A DNA stretch of 64,000 nt. Source: Ancylonema sp. (taxonomy: Eukaryota). Below the pieces are notes generated by a model that ran no database searches, was not told the origin of the DNA, and saw only the letters and a program-made list of their open reading frames with translations. This document shows positions 13,941 to 33,479 of the stretch, piece after piece (the first letter of the stretch is position 1; each line of letters starts with the position of its first letter). Location of the stretch: contig JBFLGF010000028.1 of the NCBI GenBank assembly GCA_050230475.1, forward strand, positions 1 to 64,000, given 5' to 3'. A program made the translations under genes and the position numbers.

Positions 13941-14800
13941 AAGGGTCTGGAAGAGTGGATAGAGAGTGGGATGCTAGAGAAAATATTCTGTGAGCGGCTG
14001 AGTCAATCTTTCTACGTATGATCGGCAGTGTACCTACGCATATGTACGCAGATGTTACGAAATTACTGCCTCTGCACGAGAATAAGGGTGAGAGACACTT
14101 TTTACGTCGCGAGCTGTGGTATTGGGTGACCACAGAGGAGTTGGTGTGCCAGTTTGGAAGGACTTTTGGCCAGCTGCCCACAATGCTGTGCGCCCACTCA
14201 ACGCGTGAGTCACATTTCTGCGCTACAGTCCGACGCGACTATGTATACTTTGTTTTACTGTTTCGAGAAAAATAGAAAATATGTACTCCGGTTACAACTT
14301 TGATTCTGGTGAATTCAGTGTGCAGTAGCACATGTAGCAAGCTACCTGCGAGCTCTTCTGGCGTCTGGTAGTAGCACCCGAGTCGGGTGACCCGACAACC
14401 AGGTGCACATAACTTGAAGAAGTCTGCCATGAAAAGTAGCGTTCGGAGTTTTGCTAACGGGAGTCCCGTCAGATTAAGATTAAGATTAAGATTTCTAACA
14501 TACTTTTGGAGTTGCCCATTTTATTGGGCAGCGTAATGCAATTCGGAGGTGCGAATTCGGCGGAAACAGGTCGTTTCATCGAATCGTTTTTGAGTCACGA
14601 ATTTAGTTTCCATACCGAAAATGTTATCTGTGCCCAGAAATAAACTACTAAACCCCGTGAACCCCGTGAAGAAGTTCGCTGGTCAACGCCCGCGAAATCG
14701 TGACTGGAGCCGGTCAGCACATGCAGCGCGGTAATCAACCTTTTTTTTTGTTCTGGGAAGTAGACACGCAATGATACAGGCTCTGTCCATTTAAATGTGA

Positions 14801-20402
<5,602 letters not shown>

Positions 20403-20857
20403 CATAAATCAAGATAATAAGTATATGACATGAAACCCGATCAACCCGTTCCTTAACTTTGTGCATGACGACGGGAATGTTGGAGGCACTATCACGACTT
20501 GGTGCCAGAATATCAAAGAGGTGCTTTTCTTAGTAACATATGTAGCTCGAGTGTGTGCGGTTGTGGGGTGTGGTTAATTATTTAAATCATTTGGCTTGGG
20601 TAGTTGGGTTATCCTTCCCTGATAGAAAGGTTTCTTGCGGGTCCAAAGGCACATAAGAACAATTGTTTGTTGTACTATGAACAACAGATGCGGGTATGAG
20701 TGGGAACCGTGGTTTTTTTGACACATGTGATTTGACAACAGTGTGTCACTGTTTCTTTTCTTCATAGCTGCATGTTCCATTCTGAATTCTGAAGCATCTC
20801 CCGTATTGATTTCTGAACTGGAGAGGTTCAGAACGGTTATTTTTCTAGCATTTTATG

Positions 20858-20947
20858 CATAGCTGGGTTCGATCCAACCGCGGAAATTTGGATACCGACT
20901 TGATCCGCACCGGGTCCGATCCGGACCACGGATCTGGGCCAACTATG
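20858..20947. mobile_element. 90-bp mini hAT-type element
   Basis: Ends CATAGCTGG / CCAACTATG. 8-bp TSD ATTTTATG/ATTCTATG. Internal GATCC-rich motifs shared with 19953-20025. Confidence 0.75.
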
Positions 20948-22992
20948 ATTCTATGGTTACTCTGTTTGGATAATGTCCAGGTGCAATTGGATATGGTCCG
21001 ACTATGCAAATATTTTGACCAATTGCTAGATGAATTGAAACTGTATTCTGATGAGGACAAACCAATGTACACACTACCAACCATGCTTCTTTTGTCAATA
21101 AATATGGTTAACGCACGACTAGGGTTTTGAAAGTCCGAATTCAAAAGGCGAATCACACTTGCCTAAGATTTTTCATAACCTTTATTGCCATATCCATGGT
21201 AGCCCATGAAGTACCATGACAGCATACTACAATTGGTTTAGCGTCTTTTGTTAAAGGAAAGGAAGTCATCGAGGACAAGTATTATGACTGGAAAAAGTAG
21301 ATATCACAATTTTGGCTAGCCGCATGAGCTAGTACGACACATGACTAGGGGTCTATGACACTGGAGTGTAACACTTTACAACTATCTACATCGCATTTTA
21401 ACATAAACGTGTGTCTAAAGAGTGAATAATTCACTTATAAAACACCAATTCACAAGCCTTTCATGACTCTCTAATATTGCGGATGTCGCACAATCGGTCA
21501 ATCGTGTTCACATAGCTTACATACAACTTCGACGTGTAGACAACTTGAGAGGCCTTGGACCATGTAACACTCAAGCAAAGGAGATAAACATGTAGGACTC
21601 GACCTTATGCAATGCCAACTACTTAGACTTGACCAGATTTCCCGAATATTGACTCAAAGATAGGCTACTTGTCATTGCAACTTCCCCACACACTAGGCCA
21701 TTCGAGCCCGTCCCTTTCTTTAGGCGGTCCTCTTTGTCGGACATTGAGGTACTTGTCACAAACATTGAATGCTGACAAGTCGCGACAAATGTCTGTGAGT
21801 GACGCTTCTCGACCTACGGGCCATCATTCTCCCAACGACACGGACAAGGCATTGAGGTAGTGCAGAGCTCCCCTTGTCGGCTTGTGGCTCTCAAAGCCTC
21901 ACGCATAAAACTCGGCCCATCGACATCCATTGCGGGAATCAATAACGATTCTAGTTCACGGATCAAGATGCCCGAGAGCTTCTTGACGAGCCCACGTCCC
22001 GACACGATTGTGGAGGAGGTACCCGAGGTGGAATCAAGACGAAGCAAATACACGTCATGTGTGTACACTTGGCTGTAGCCCTTCGGATTCCATCTCCAGC
22101 ATCGCTTCATCCTCCTCCTCGTGCCACTTCATGGCGACTGCTTCCTTCTCCGTGTGAAGCTTCCACAGGCTGTAGCCGTGGAGGAGGGAGAGGAGGGGGA
22201 GAGTATATCGAGGGAGTAGATGAACCGAGTACCAAAGAAACCTGCGGGAACGGAGAAATGACAATGCCGTCCGATGAGGCGGTGGATGAAGGAAGAGTTA
22301 AAATCGACAATAAGTTCAATGTCATCGGTATGGGGGATTATTATTGATCATATGCAAGAAACTCGTACCGAGAAACGTTCCCATTGGTCGTCGTAGCTTT
22401 CATTGATTCCAGTAAATCTAGGTCAGGCTGGGTGGTTCTATGCTCCAGTTGACATGTACTATTTATCAAGCGTTCTTATATGTAGTTTGAGGTTGTAGGT
22501 TGGAAGTAAAAAAAAAAAAATGCACTTTGTGGTCGGAAAGCCAATCCGCATGCCGGAATCTGAGAATTTCAGCTCCAGAGCAATCAGATTCCTGCCCTAA
22601 AGTTGTACCTCACCGGTTGAACATGAATCCAAATGGTTCAGAGTTAGGGAGGGCCTACAGGAAAAATATTCTACAAGCCGTCAGACGGCTTACTTGTAGA
22701 CATTCAGAATGACTGGACACTGACAATATGTATGCCCTGAACATATACGTTCATGTACAGGTGGGTGTTTTTTCCAACTTCTCTTCATGAAGAAAGACTT
22801 AGCTATCTGATCATAAATACCACTGCTACTGCTCATTTTCAAACGTCCGTCTGTATCATATATTAGCTACCAAAACCTTCGACTCATATGCCTGCAACAT
22901 CAATCTCTTTAAAACGAACTCAGAGGGAAAGTTGTATTCCCACTGACTTTCCGCACCAGGTCGGTCATATACAATCTCTCTCAGGTTGAGGT

Positions 22993-23952
22993 TTACAACA
23001 GTTGGCGAATGAATGCTGGATACCGGTAAAACACAATATACGGTAACACAATATGAAGGTGGGGCTCAGGTTGGGGGAGGGGGACCACAGGGACAAAAGA
23101 TGTGTACCTGGTGGGACATCCTTGCGCCACTTGTCTCTCTGTGAAGCCATCCAGCAGCATGACGTCACAGAGTAGCTGCATAGCCGTCTCGAGCAGGCAG
23201 ACCACATTCCAAATCACACCCACATGGCGCGCGTGTCTTGCTGACGTCGCAAACGCATGAGCCACTAAGGGTGCTGATAGTCCTGTCAGTGTCGAGCCCC
23301 ACCCGACGGGAATCGCGTAATTTCGGGGTAGGAGTTGTTGATCCATTAGAGGGAGGCACAGATATCCCGTCAAACGAAAAGTTTGGATCCCGACTAGCCA
23401 TGATTGAGGAGTCTCGTGTACGATTTCGCGATACATGGAAAATACTGGCAAGGGGGCGGTCCCGCATACTAGGACAATAATCCAAGAGACCAGAATGCCA
23501 ATTAAACCCGGCAGTAGTCCCAGTGGAACAAATAAGTGGATAAAACAATATACTCCCACAAGCAATCCGATTAGTAGGACAGTTATTTGCCGCATCGTAG
23601 GGGGGTACATGTTTGGTAATGCATCTACGCCGTGCATTAATGCGCCAAACGCCATTAGTGTGACAATAAAATTAGAGATAAACACTGCCATGATAATATG
23701 GTAAGGAAAAGGGGGGGGGTCCGATTGTCCAGTCGATGTTTCAAACATTTTGGTTACTACGAGGATGATAGGCACGCCTACAGAAACTGCTGAGCGCAGG
23801 AGGGGTTTGTAAGAGAGGAAGTATGGCGGGAGGTGTAAGAAGCCTCGCAGTAAGGATTGCACGTGTGGGAACAATGCAGTGCTTTGAGGGTCCTTCCTGC
23901 GCCTTGATTGCTGCGGGTGGGAGGACCAGAATCGCGACATCGGTGGTTGCAT
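22993..23952 (-). CDS. Intronless polytopic membrane protein resembling uncharacterised bacterial membrane proteins; true start possibly 23748 or further downstream
   Basis: 319-aa uninterrupted ORF with several hydrophobic helices. Segment PQSWLVGIQTFRLTGYLCL..LLPRNYAIPVGWGSTLTGLSAPLVA..ARHVGVIWNVVCLLE recalls a bacterial hypothetical-protein family (from memory, not searched). Confidence 0.6.
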   Translation of the reverse strand: MQPPMSRFWSSHPQQSRRRKDPQSTALFPHVQSLLRGFLHLPPYFLSYKPLLRSAVSVGVPIILVVTKMFETSTGQSDPPPFPYHIIMAVFISNFIVTLMAFGALMHGVDALPNMYPPTMRQITVLLIGLLVGVYCFIHLFVPLGLLPGLIGILVSWIIVLVCGTAPLPVFSMYREIVHETPQSWLVGIQTFRLTGYLCLPLMDQQLLPRNYAIPVGWGSTLTGLSAPLVAHAFATSARHARHVGVIWNVVCLLETAMQLLCDVMLLDGFTERQVAQGCPTRYTSFVPVVPLPQPEPHLHIVLPYIVFYRYPAFIRQLL

Positions 23953-24655
23953 CCGCGCATCTGCGCAGTGCCCACTCCGCCCATCCGCGCGGTGCGTTGG
24001 ATTTTTAGGCCCTTAGAATACCTTAAAAAAGGCTGAACGTTTAATAAGGGGTAGGCGGTCAATAATCAGTTATCGATTCCCCCTTTTTTTGGGGTGAATT
24101 ATGAGCGATTCTTAGGGCCTCATAACATATAAAGTAGGGCCTAACAATCAATGTGCTGCTTCTGTGCTACTCAATCTGTGGCACTATTTTCAACGGTGTA
24201 ATTTCAAGGCTTACTTTGAAATTTTAATAATCGATAGTTAGGGGCTAAATTATTAATCCTCCGCATCCCTAACCGTTTGCGCATCCGGCTAGCCGCCCCC
24301 CCATCTGGTCAAGTAGGCGGTAGGGTGCGTCAGGGAGTTGAGGGGTGGGAGGGGGGGTAGGGCATAGGGGATGGGGGGTGTGGGGGGGAGAGTGTGTGGG
24401 GGGGGGTTTAAACACATCAAAGGCTCGTCAAACATAAACAATTTGGTACCCGTGCAACCACCATCAACCACGTCATGATGTTACCTAGACATGTGTTATC
24501 TTTGTAGCAGTCGAAGAGACGAGATTTCACACATATCAAGAAAAGAGCAAGACACGGGTCGAAGACCTTCGTGCATGGAAGCACATTTGTAAGAGTTTCG
24601 CATAGATCCGATTCCCTCAAATATTGTATGGATTTGAACAAAAATTGTATCCATT

Positions 24656-25900
24656 TGTCATGCCGCTAGAGATCGTTAGAAAATAAAGTCTTTTTAATTG
24701 TCGATCCGCTTGAAAAATAGCAATTTTGGTAATTGTCGATTTTTAGTCGTTATATTGAACCCTGTCGTTATATGAGTTTCAATCAGTCAGACGTTTGATT
24801 TGATAATTTTTTTATACTCAGTCAATCTAGAAAAGTCAGTGCACCACTTTTTAGATTTTAAGTCAGAGTCTTTTGTCGTATCGACGAGTTAGTAGATTCC
24901 CAGTGCGCGCCGAGTTTTATCTCAGTCAGCCAGCCTGGCGTTTAATCCGCCGCACGTGTTAAATCTAGAACTCTAGAATAGACAGTCACGATTAGGTGTC
25001 TAGTCGATATTCCGTTTTCTACCTTAGATCAAGATAAGATCTAGATTACCGCGCGTGTGAAACGGCGCGTCGATTGTACTAAAGCCTAAGTCGCTTTCTG
25101 AATACGCTGTCTGAATTCAACAAACTCCTTTTGTGAATTTCAACAACTCTTTGCAATCGCCATCTTTGCAATCTCTGTGAAATCGTGTATTCTGCAATCG
25201 TCAACAATCGTTATCAACTGTGCCGTTTCGTCTTTGATATTCTCTGTGAATTTTTGCAAACTTCGCGTCGCGCCATTCTGCCGTAAGTTCTGCGAAATCG
25301 CTTGTTTGCTTGTGCGTGCTGTCGCATCTCAAGTAGTACAAAAAGTCGTGTGCCGTTTTTCATACGCATCGTGTGAAATTCTGCCGTAGTCAGAATTACG
25401 TTACCCTTGCAAAATCGTGACCCTTGCAAGTCATTGATTGTCAGCCGTTTTTGTAGACGTGAGAAATCGTTACATTTAGCTGCACCGTTTCGTGCGAGCT
25501 GAGCCAGACAATTCACCCTTTGAATTGCTTGCACCCGTTCCAGCTTTTCAGTGAATCGTTTTATTCACGACAACGTTTGATTCCTGAAACCAATAGTGAA
25601 TGCGCACCCCGTCGCAACCAACTATTATTCATTCTGCACCCTTGTATAAATTCTATAGCTATGTGCCTTGCGTTCTCTTTACTCGTAGTTGTCACCTGTC
25701 GTAAGGTACGATAACCTGCAACGCCTGATTAACCTTAGTGTTGTTTCTAGACCTCCCACCACTAAGCGTTGAGTGCATCTCAGCTTTCGGCGAGTAGCTA
25801 CGGCAAACTTCGTTGATAAGTCACATACCGTGCTTGAATTACATTCTTGTGTGGTTAGTAGGGATTCAACCTACACAATCTACGTGAGATCCAGATGATG
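24656..25900 (+). mobile_element. Probable solo or truncated LTR related to the gypsy-like element at 54617
   Basis: Starts TGTCATGCCGCTAGAGATCGTTA, versus TGTCATGACGCTAGAGATCGTTA at 54617. Similar composition and shared short internal motifs. 3' end and TSD not clearly defined. Confidence 0.55.
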
Positions 25901-27984
25901 ACCAAAGGCCCAATCCTAATGCTGCTCACCCAAACAAGCAGCCAAGACATCAACCGACATCCGTCATTTTCATCGATGCAGAAAATTATAAAAAGTCAAG
26001 TTTTGCAGATTTTTCCAAAATCTGCCGATTTCTTTGTTTTTGAGAGATTTCGCTGACAGGCTGTCTGCCGACTCCATCTGGCACATCACATTTGATGTGG
26101 TGTTAAATCACACGCTTGCGCGATGATGTACATTGGTGAATCAATGATGTCCTGGTCGTTGGGATGTTAAATGCTTCCTTCATTTAGACACGATAACAAT
26201 TTCCGAAAATACATAAAGCCACTATTTTTTATACAACCCTCGAGATTGAGGCTTTCATACTGCCACCCCTCCCTACAAAGAGACATGCGGAGTATCACAT
26301 TTCTAGAATGCGACATTCCGTGCCATTATTGACATGCTCAATGGGAGAATAATTCTACAATAATTTTAATAATTTTACATTCATAGAATCTTTGGGAGCA
26401 TAATTGGGGGAAGAAAAATGACAATAGAAACCCAATAAATCTTAAGTTTAAGCGTGTTGGATTATGAACGAAAGTTCGTGTCCATACAACATGGTCAAGG
26501 ACTTCAATCGACGTACGGTAGGGCAGTTGCATATTGTGCCCTTCCATTGATGTCGCATGACAAAAAACTATATTGTATACACAAACATTTCTTGCGAAGG
26601 TACGTATATATATACGGTACATATATATGCCATGCACATTGAAAATTCTACGTTTTGCACTCTAAGGAATTTGTCTCCACTCTATCTTATTTCACGAGTA
26701 ATTGTTTGTGAGAATGAATAGCTTAGCGCACATATTGCGAGTGATGTTGGATAGAGATGTTGTGTATGATGTTAGTGATGTTGGTTCCATACCCGTCAAT
26801 ATCCAACTTTAAAGGGAATATACGAACATGTCTCCGTGAACTTGTGTTAGCAATGTCGCAGTTAGTGTTGTGTATCAAGTCAAAATCATTTGATGACGGT
26901 GTCGGTGCTTAACGATTACTACTGTGCGCATCGGTGAGAGATGGGAATGAGCGTGTACTTTTTATTTAGCCATCCAGACATGTAGTTTTTTGGTGTGTGA
27001 TGTACCGCGATTGTACCGACACGTGTGAAAATCTAAAACAATTGGGTAAGACAAATTTGTTTACCTTCCGGGCATTTAAGGTTGTTTCCTCCGCAACAAC
27101 TGCGTGGTGGCCAGCCGCACACATGGAGGATGCCACCCCTCAACCGCCCTTGGCATAACAACTCCAATGTAAAAAAATACCTGACCATGCGGTGGCCAGC
27201 CACACAAACGGCGGGTGGCAATCCTCCAATCGCACATAAATATGTGGTGGGCACCACCCTACGGACATGGCGGAAGTTAATGTTGCGAAGTCTTGTACTT
27301 GAAGGTACAAGGCTGATTTTGTGGGGAGGGCTCATCTTATGGGCACTTGCCACGTCCCGCAAGATTGTTATATTTTCAGAATATGTAGTTGCCAAATGCA
27401 CATATAGAAAAGCTTGCGTTGTTGAGAAGACATACAAAGAACTTACTTAGAGTACACCAAATCCATGACGCAACCACATCGTCTCAAACATTTCCGGCGA
27501 AGTAAGACACGTCCCGCTGTAACCCGTTGCAGAGAGGTGGAATGAATTCTTTGTAGTATGAGTTACTTCGCGATAAAATGTCAAACCCATGGCTCACTAT
27601 ATCATTTACAAGCACACTAGTTTAAGCATCACTCTAGCTAAGAAAGCATGCCCTTCTTGCTTTTTGCGGCTCATGTCCGGTATTAAAACAATCCAGCTTG
27701 TGCACGAGGTGGTGTAAATATGACTTTTGGTTGTGATTGCATCTATAGCGCACATAAATTGATTACACGTACCTAATGGTTAAGAGGGGGGGGTCCAAAT
27801 CGCCTATCTTGCGCTATCTTATAATTATGCAACCAAAGCGACAACGTAGATCACATGAAGAATACAAATTATGCGCCTCGAGTGAATTTGGAAAGCAGGG
27901 CCTAACAAAATTATTAAACTCAAATCTTTGCAAGTTAGAGTGCGAACACGTTTACAAAACAAAGGAGGTGCTACACAGATGATG

Positions 27985-30900
27985 CTAAAGAGATTTCTTC
28001 AACTCTTTTTGGTGTTGCCCTTTTTCTCTTGGGCAGGGCAATACGCTCAACAACAAAGGAATAATTATTGATGGAATTGTGCCAATGAAGTACACCGAAG
28101 TCCACACTCGAATCGTGCTACTGCCTCGCAATAACTGCAAACCATGCAAAACATTCAAAACATAATTCAGGCATCATGCCCAAAAAATGGTGGGTGCTCT
28201 CGTCAAGGTTAGTTCTAGTGAGTCTCACAATGAATCCGAGTTCCGAGTAGTCCAACATCGTATGCGCGTACACAAATTGCGCCGTCCAACTCAAGCTCCA
28301 CGTGACACGGTCTTTGGGGGAGATGCTAATGTGGCGCTTGTACAAAGCTGCAATTCATGAATGTTCAAAACAAAAAGAGTAGAAAAATCCGTGCGAGCTC
28401 TTCTTAAGCAATCCAAGGAAAGACAAATACCAACCATGTAGAGTCGAGAATGCGAGGAATGCAACCGACTCACACGCCCATCACGTTTCCGCCCATTCTA
28501 CTTCGTAACATGTTTCGGCAATGAGTTAAATGAAGATATAGAGCGACTCTAAAAACTGCGTCAAGTTTGTTCCAAGTCCTTGGCTCCAAAGCCGAGTTTG
28601 ATGGCGCCAATGGCGTCCGCCGTGACTCAACTAAAAAGAAGATACGCATCGGTGTAGTAGAATGCACGCCGTCACTCTTTACATAAATGCACGGGCTGCA
28701 AAGCATTTCCTTCAGTAAGGAAGATTCTAAACCCTCCTGCACTGTATGGGTCCACACCTTTGGAAGCGTGTTGGGCGAGGGCACAGTTGACAAAGAAGAG
28801 GAAGTAGCCGGGGTGCAACCCCTACAAGAAACGAGTGCCAAAGAAACGAAAGTGAATATGAGTACGGGTCATTGATTGTGAGTGTGTGCCACACTCTCTT
28901 CACCGACTCGTTTCGCACCACTGTTGAAATTGCTCTTTGGGACGACGTCACCGTCTACAACCAACTCTCGACTCCAATCAACAACTGACAACCACTTGTG
29001 CCAATCCAAAGAGGTCGCAGAAAGACAAGCCACATGATCTATTCTATTGGAGAGAAGTGAGGCAGGGGGTATGTGCCTCACATGCCACAGCGCGCTCACT
29101 CCTTGTGTGAACACAAGAGTGGAGAGCCCCCGCTTGCCCGTCGCAGGAGCCAACCTCTCATACACATCTGCTCGAGGGAGACAATGGAATAAGTTGTAAT
29201 ACTCTTGGGGATCGACACCTCATCATATGGTAAGTTGAAGTATGAAAGGTGAATATTGGTATCTTGAAGTATGCGTGTGGCATATTGCCCAACTAACGTC
29301 AATTTAGATAGGGGAGATAATACATTACGTGAATATTCACACTTCTGACTACCCATGCAAGCTGCATGGCCATGGTCAAAAATTCTACTACCTCCACTCT
29401 ACTTGATGGAGTCCATGCACTGGATTCAGAGGAAAGCGTACACATACGCATACGCATACGTATACGCATGCATGGCGATTCCGCAGTTTGCTTTCCACCA
29501 CTCGTGGTATGGTACCAAATTATGAGTGAGACCGAGGGGGTGCAACCCTTGCGAAGAGGGTGGGGAGATTTGGGGAAGTGGTGGTTACATGTTCGTAGCC
29601 ACCTTGCCACCGACATGTTCCATGAAGCGGGCAGCTGCGCAGCGCTCTCCCCCAACTCCACTCCAAGGATGTGGACATTCACCGCGTCGTGCCTGGGAGC
29701 CAATGGGAAGAGAGGAATGAAGGAAGAGGTGGGGATCTAGGGGCAAAGAGTATGCGGGAGACGACACATTTGCACATTCTGGAGATCGGAGGTCCGTCAC
29801 GGGTTCGTTCTTGATTCTTGACAACAATGCATCAAGGTGGATGGCACATGGATATGAAGAAAACAAGAAGGAAAACGTGAAGAAAAGAGTCATACAGATG
29901 CAACGCACCAAAAAAAAATAAAAAAAAATGAAAAGCAAGAAAAACGAATCAAGATTATAATGTCCAAAAAGAGCCACAATATTGTCATCTCTGATACTAC
30001 GAGCACCTATAACGAGGCATTTAGTTGGGCCAAAAAGAATTTACCAAGACGGCACCTCCCCTGCCCACCCACTGAACCCCAACCCAGACAGCACCATAGC
30101 CGTCTCCGCCACCTTCCAGATAAAATAATACATCCATCGGTAGGAGAAGCAGGCCAGCACAATGTAGCCCCAACGTCTCCAGAGGGGGAGGTGGAAGAAG
30201 GTGGGGGTAGCCATGAAGGCCCCTGGGATGAGAGAGTTGAGGGTGGTGTACACTGCTGCACACCCGGATGCGACCAGTAGGGACTGGACAGCTGGCAAGA
30301 GGGGACTTGGGGGAGGCTTCCTGGGGTTTACTTCCCAAACCTGTGGGACAGAATTTGAAAGATGATATTATGATATGGTTATCGGAATGATAATGATATT
30401 GATAATGATGATAAAAATACTAATATCAATAATAATAGTAATAATAGTTACAATGATAATGATAATAATAATGAAGATACTACTGATAACAACAATTATA
30501 ATCATCATAATAATAATAACAACATTAATCAATAAAATAAAAACACCAATAATAACATAAAAAATAACACTGATATTAATAATGGTACTCATAATGATAA
30601 TTATCAAAATGATAATGAGAATAACGTTGTGGACACGTTCAGTGCTTATCAATGACTTTGTTGTTGTCCTCATTCCTAATTTACGTTCCGTAAAATTGGT
30701 ATCGTGACAGGCAGATGACCGCTCACCCCCTGCTTCTCTGAGAAGGCCTTGTAGGTCTTGAACTCAAACACGGGCCCCACTAGTATTGTGCCGCAGCAGA
30801 ATAAGTACCCCACAAACTCCAACAGGGAGGGGCACTCCTGAAGACGGTTCTTAAACGTCGCGTTGGAAGCCTGGGATGGGAAGAGGGGGAGGGGGGCGTC

Positions 30901-32657
30901 TGGGGCAGATGTTTTATAATCTTGGGACGTATCAGCAATTAGATATCTGTATGTAGGTAGATGTATGTAGATGTATGTACACGTACTTGCGCAGGTGTTT
31001 GTCGACGTAGTTACGTGGCTGTAAACAACTAGCATATCTGCGTGGTTATACATTCTTGATACACTGAAATAGGTGTGCTTGTATGAGTATGTCCTCAGCA
31101 ACGCTGTACAACAGTGTGGTCTGCAAGAGCCCTGTGAGCCTGATATGAGCCCAAAGAACAGAAGTAGAACCTCACTCAACACACATCTGACCCCCACCCC
31201 TACCAAAGAATGGATGTCGAGAAACAAATGGCAAACTGCATGTGCTGTTCTGCCACCTCCCTGTGGGTTGTTTTTATGTGTGAAGTCAAGATGGGGAAGA
31301 GACTCAAAAGGGCGCAGGTGTGCCAACGACAATGTCAAAGCCATGAAGGCATTCGCCCCCCCGCAAGTGCCAGTCTGCAGTTTATTCTGTAGTTTTGCGT
31401 GTGTGAGCTCCAACTTTTTGTTTAGACACGTTTGTTTGTTTATTTGTTTGTTTGTTACTTCTTTTTGTTTATTTGTTTGTTTGCTACTTCTGTTTGTTTG
31501 TTTGTTTGTTTGTTTGTTTGTTTGTTTCACCTTCTCGGGTGGTAGTAGCCCATCCTGATAGTCTATGGCCACTGAGGTGACTTTGAGAGTGATGACCATC
31601 AGAGTGCCCGTGTAATCCATGCCACCGCCCCGCCAGGTGTCGCCACTCAGATTCGCCACATGGCTGCAGAACAGAAGCAAATCAGAAGAAAAATAATTGG
31701 AGTCCTTGAAGAGGGATGACTACCGTTGGTATATAATTTTGAAGTCTGGCAAGCCTCTCGAGTACAATGAAACCTGTCAAATTAATTATGTGCAAATTAA
31801 TAACCTGTCTAATGCAATAGGAAATCTCTGCCCGATTTCCGGTTTGCACCCAAAATCTGATGTGTCAATTGATTATCTGTCTATACTACTATTTTCCCCC
31901 ATCCCGACATCATAACATCAGACAGTTTTTTACTGTACAAAAGTATGCGGAGAGAGGCAGAATATGGAGCTGGAACCGCTCTCTGCAGTCAGTAAAGCTT
32001 GTTATTTGTTTTGGGAATTTGAACTTCAGAGTGGTCAAAAGTAGGCATCCAGAATAGGCTTGTAAACAAGACCAAGTTTCGGTCCAGAAATGGTACAGCA
32101 GCTCAGCATCTCACCAGAAGACAAGAAAGGCAAATGACATCACAAATGTGATGTATCCACAATACTTCCGTGTCAGCTGCATGGCCACATACGCCACGAT
32201 GATGGGAATGTACAACTGGCGATTGGCTGCGTGCTCAAAACAATGAGAAAATGAAGATTGGTCACACTTACCATGTATCCCGATATAATTTTTTGGTGGT
32301 CATGGTGCTCTCGGATATCGCATTCGTCATGTCACAAGGACAATATGAATAGAAACATCTCCACACAACGACTTCATTGTATTGTCAGTCTTACAAACTT
32401 TTGCCTTTTGCATCTTCATGCAGGCGGTCGGAATGTGAGCAGGAAATCTTCTAGGCACCTTCATAACCTCCATAAGCGATCCAACACAGCACCCCTCCTG
32501 AGACAAACGCGTATAGATGTCTTCTGGTAGTCCCATAAACCCAGCGATGAATGTAATTGACGGGCAACGAGGCCAGGAAACACAGCAGAAACTGAATCAC
32601 AGAAGTCGAGAGCCCCAGGGACAATGCGATAGTGTCCAGCGCCGGGGTTTGAGCCAT
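27985..32657 (-). CDS. MBOAT-family lysophospholipid acyltransferase (LPLAT/LPCAT-like), multi-exon
   Basis: Exons: MAQTPALD..QFLLCFLASLP; GGMDYTGTLMVITLKVTS..YQDG; PSLLEFVGYLFCCGTILVGP; RWMYYFIW; WNMSVARWLR; YERL..TQGVSALWH|GLHPGYFLFF (catalytic His); last exon ..VYFIGTIP..ELKKSL* with a KKxx ER-retrieval end. Confidence 0.92.
30362..30625. repeat. Degenerate (ATA/ATG)n low-complexity tract in an LPLAT intron
   Basis: Trinucleotide-rich run that produces spurious poly-Ile ORFs. Confidence 0.9.
31428..31527. repeat. (GTTT)n microsatellite in an LPLAT intron
   Basis: Seen directly. Confidence 0.95.
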
Positions 32658-33479
32658 CTGATCTTAGACTATCCTTGGAGAGATTGCACAAACAATATTT
32701 GGCGAAGTGAGGTAGATAGGCTGCAGTTGAAAACGTGATCAAATGGAGAATAACCTCCGGGCATACGACTCTACACGTTATAAATATTCACTTAACTGCT
32801 GGGTATATTCTAAGACCAGGCTACTGCGGTGCGAAGATATTCGTAGCAACACACACTGCCCACTTCGTACCACACAGGTAGCGCTCACATCAGTGCATAC
32901 GAAGACAAAAACTACACCGTGATAGGACAAAACAGACCGGGATCAGACTCATCACCGACACAGCCGCGTCGTATACAATTCCTTTATTTTCGATTGACGG
33001 TAAGAGGTCGTGAATGGGCATACAGCGCAGGGAGTGTCGTCTGCTCCGAGGGTGTTTCTCATAGCACTATGGCCTTTCCCCACCTGAGGGGTGACGAAAC
33101 TCTGGTCCACGGTAATTTTGGGACAGGTGGCAAGCGCTAGCTTCTTTGGCGTCATACAGTAAACTGTCGTTATAACAAAAACAAAAACCAGGAAATTGTC
33201 GTTGTATGAGATATTAGACTGTGAAAAACGAACAACAACCAATGAAATGACGTTATAGGTATAGAGGGATCGATATAACGAGAGATTAGTGTTCGGCTTT
33301 GTGCTGCGCCTTGTTGACCTGATCATGTCAAACCCCAGCTCTGAGAAACTCTGGAATTGGCTCTCTTGAATTTCACGATAGGTCTGTAACCAAGGCTCTG
33401 TCACCTAGCTTTCAAGATCTTGAGGCCTTGAACTGAAGGGGAAATATATTGCACATCAAGTGACAATTCCTTCGTCACG

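Noticed and set aside
21669..22347. Cluster of short ORFs downstream of the membrane-protein gene
   Set aside because: No recognisable domain or consistent splice model.
27033..27450. Cys/His-containing ORFs with a WHPPC PHD-like word in one frame
   Set aside because: The remaining zinc ligands cannot be placed in frame, so support is insufficient.
30368..30673. Poly-Ile membrane-like ORFs
   Set aside because: Low-complexity ATA repeats inside an LPLAT intron.
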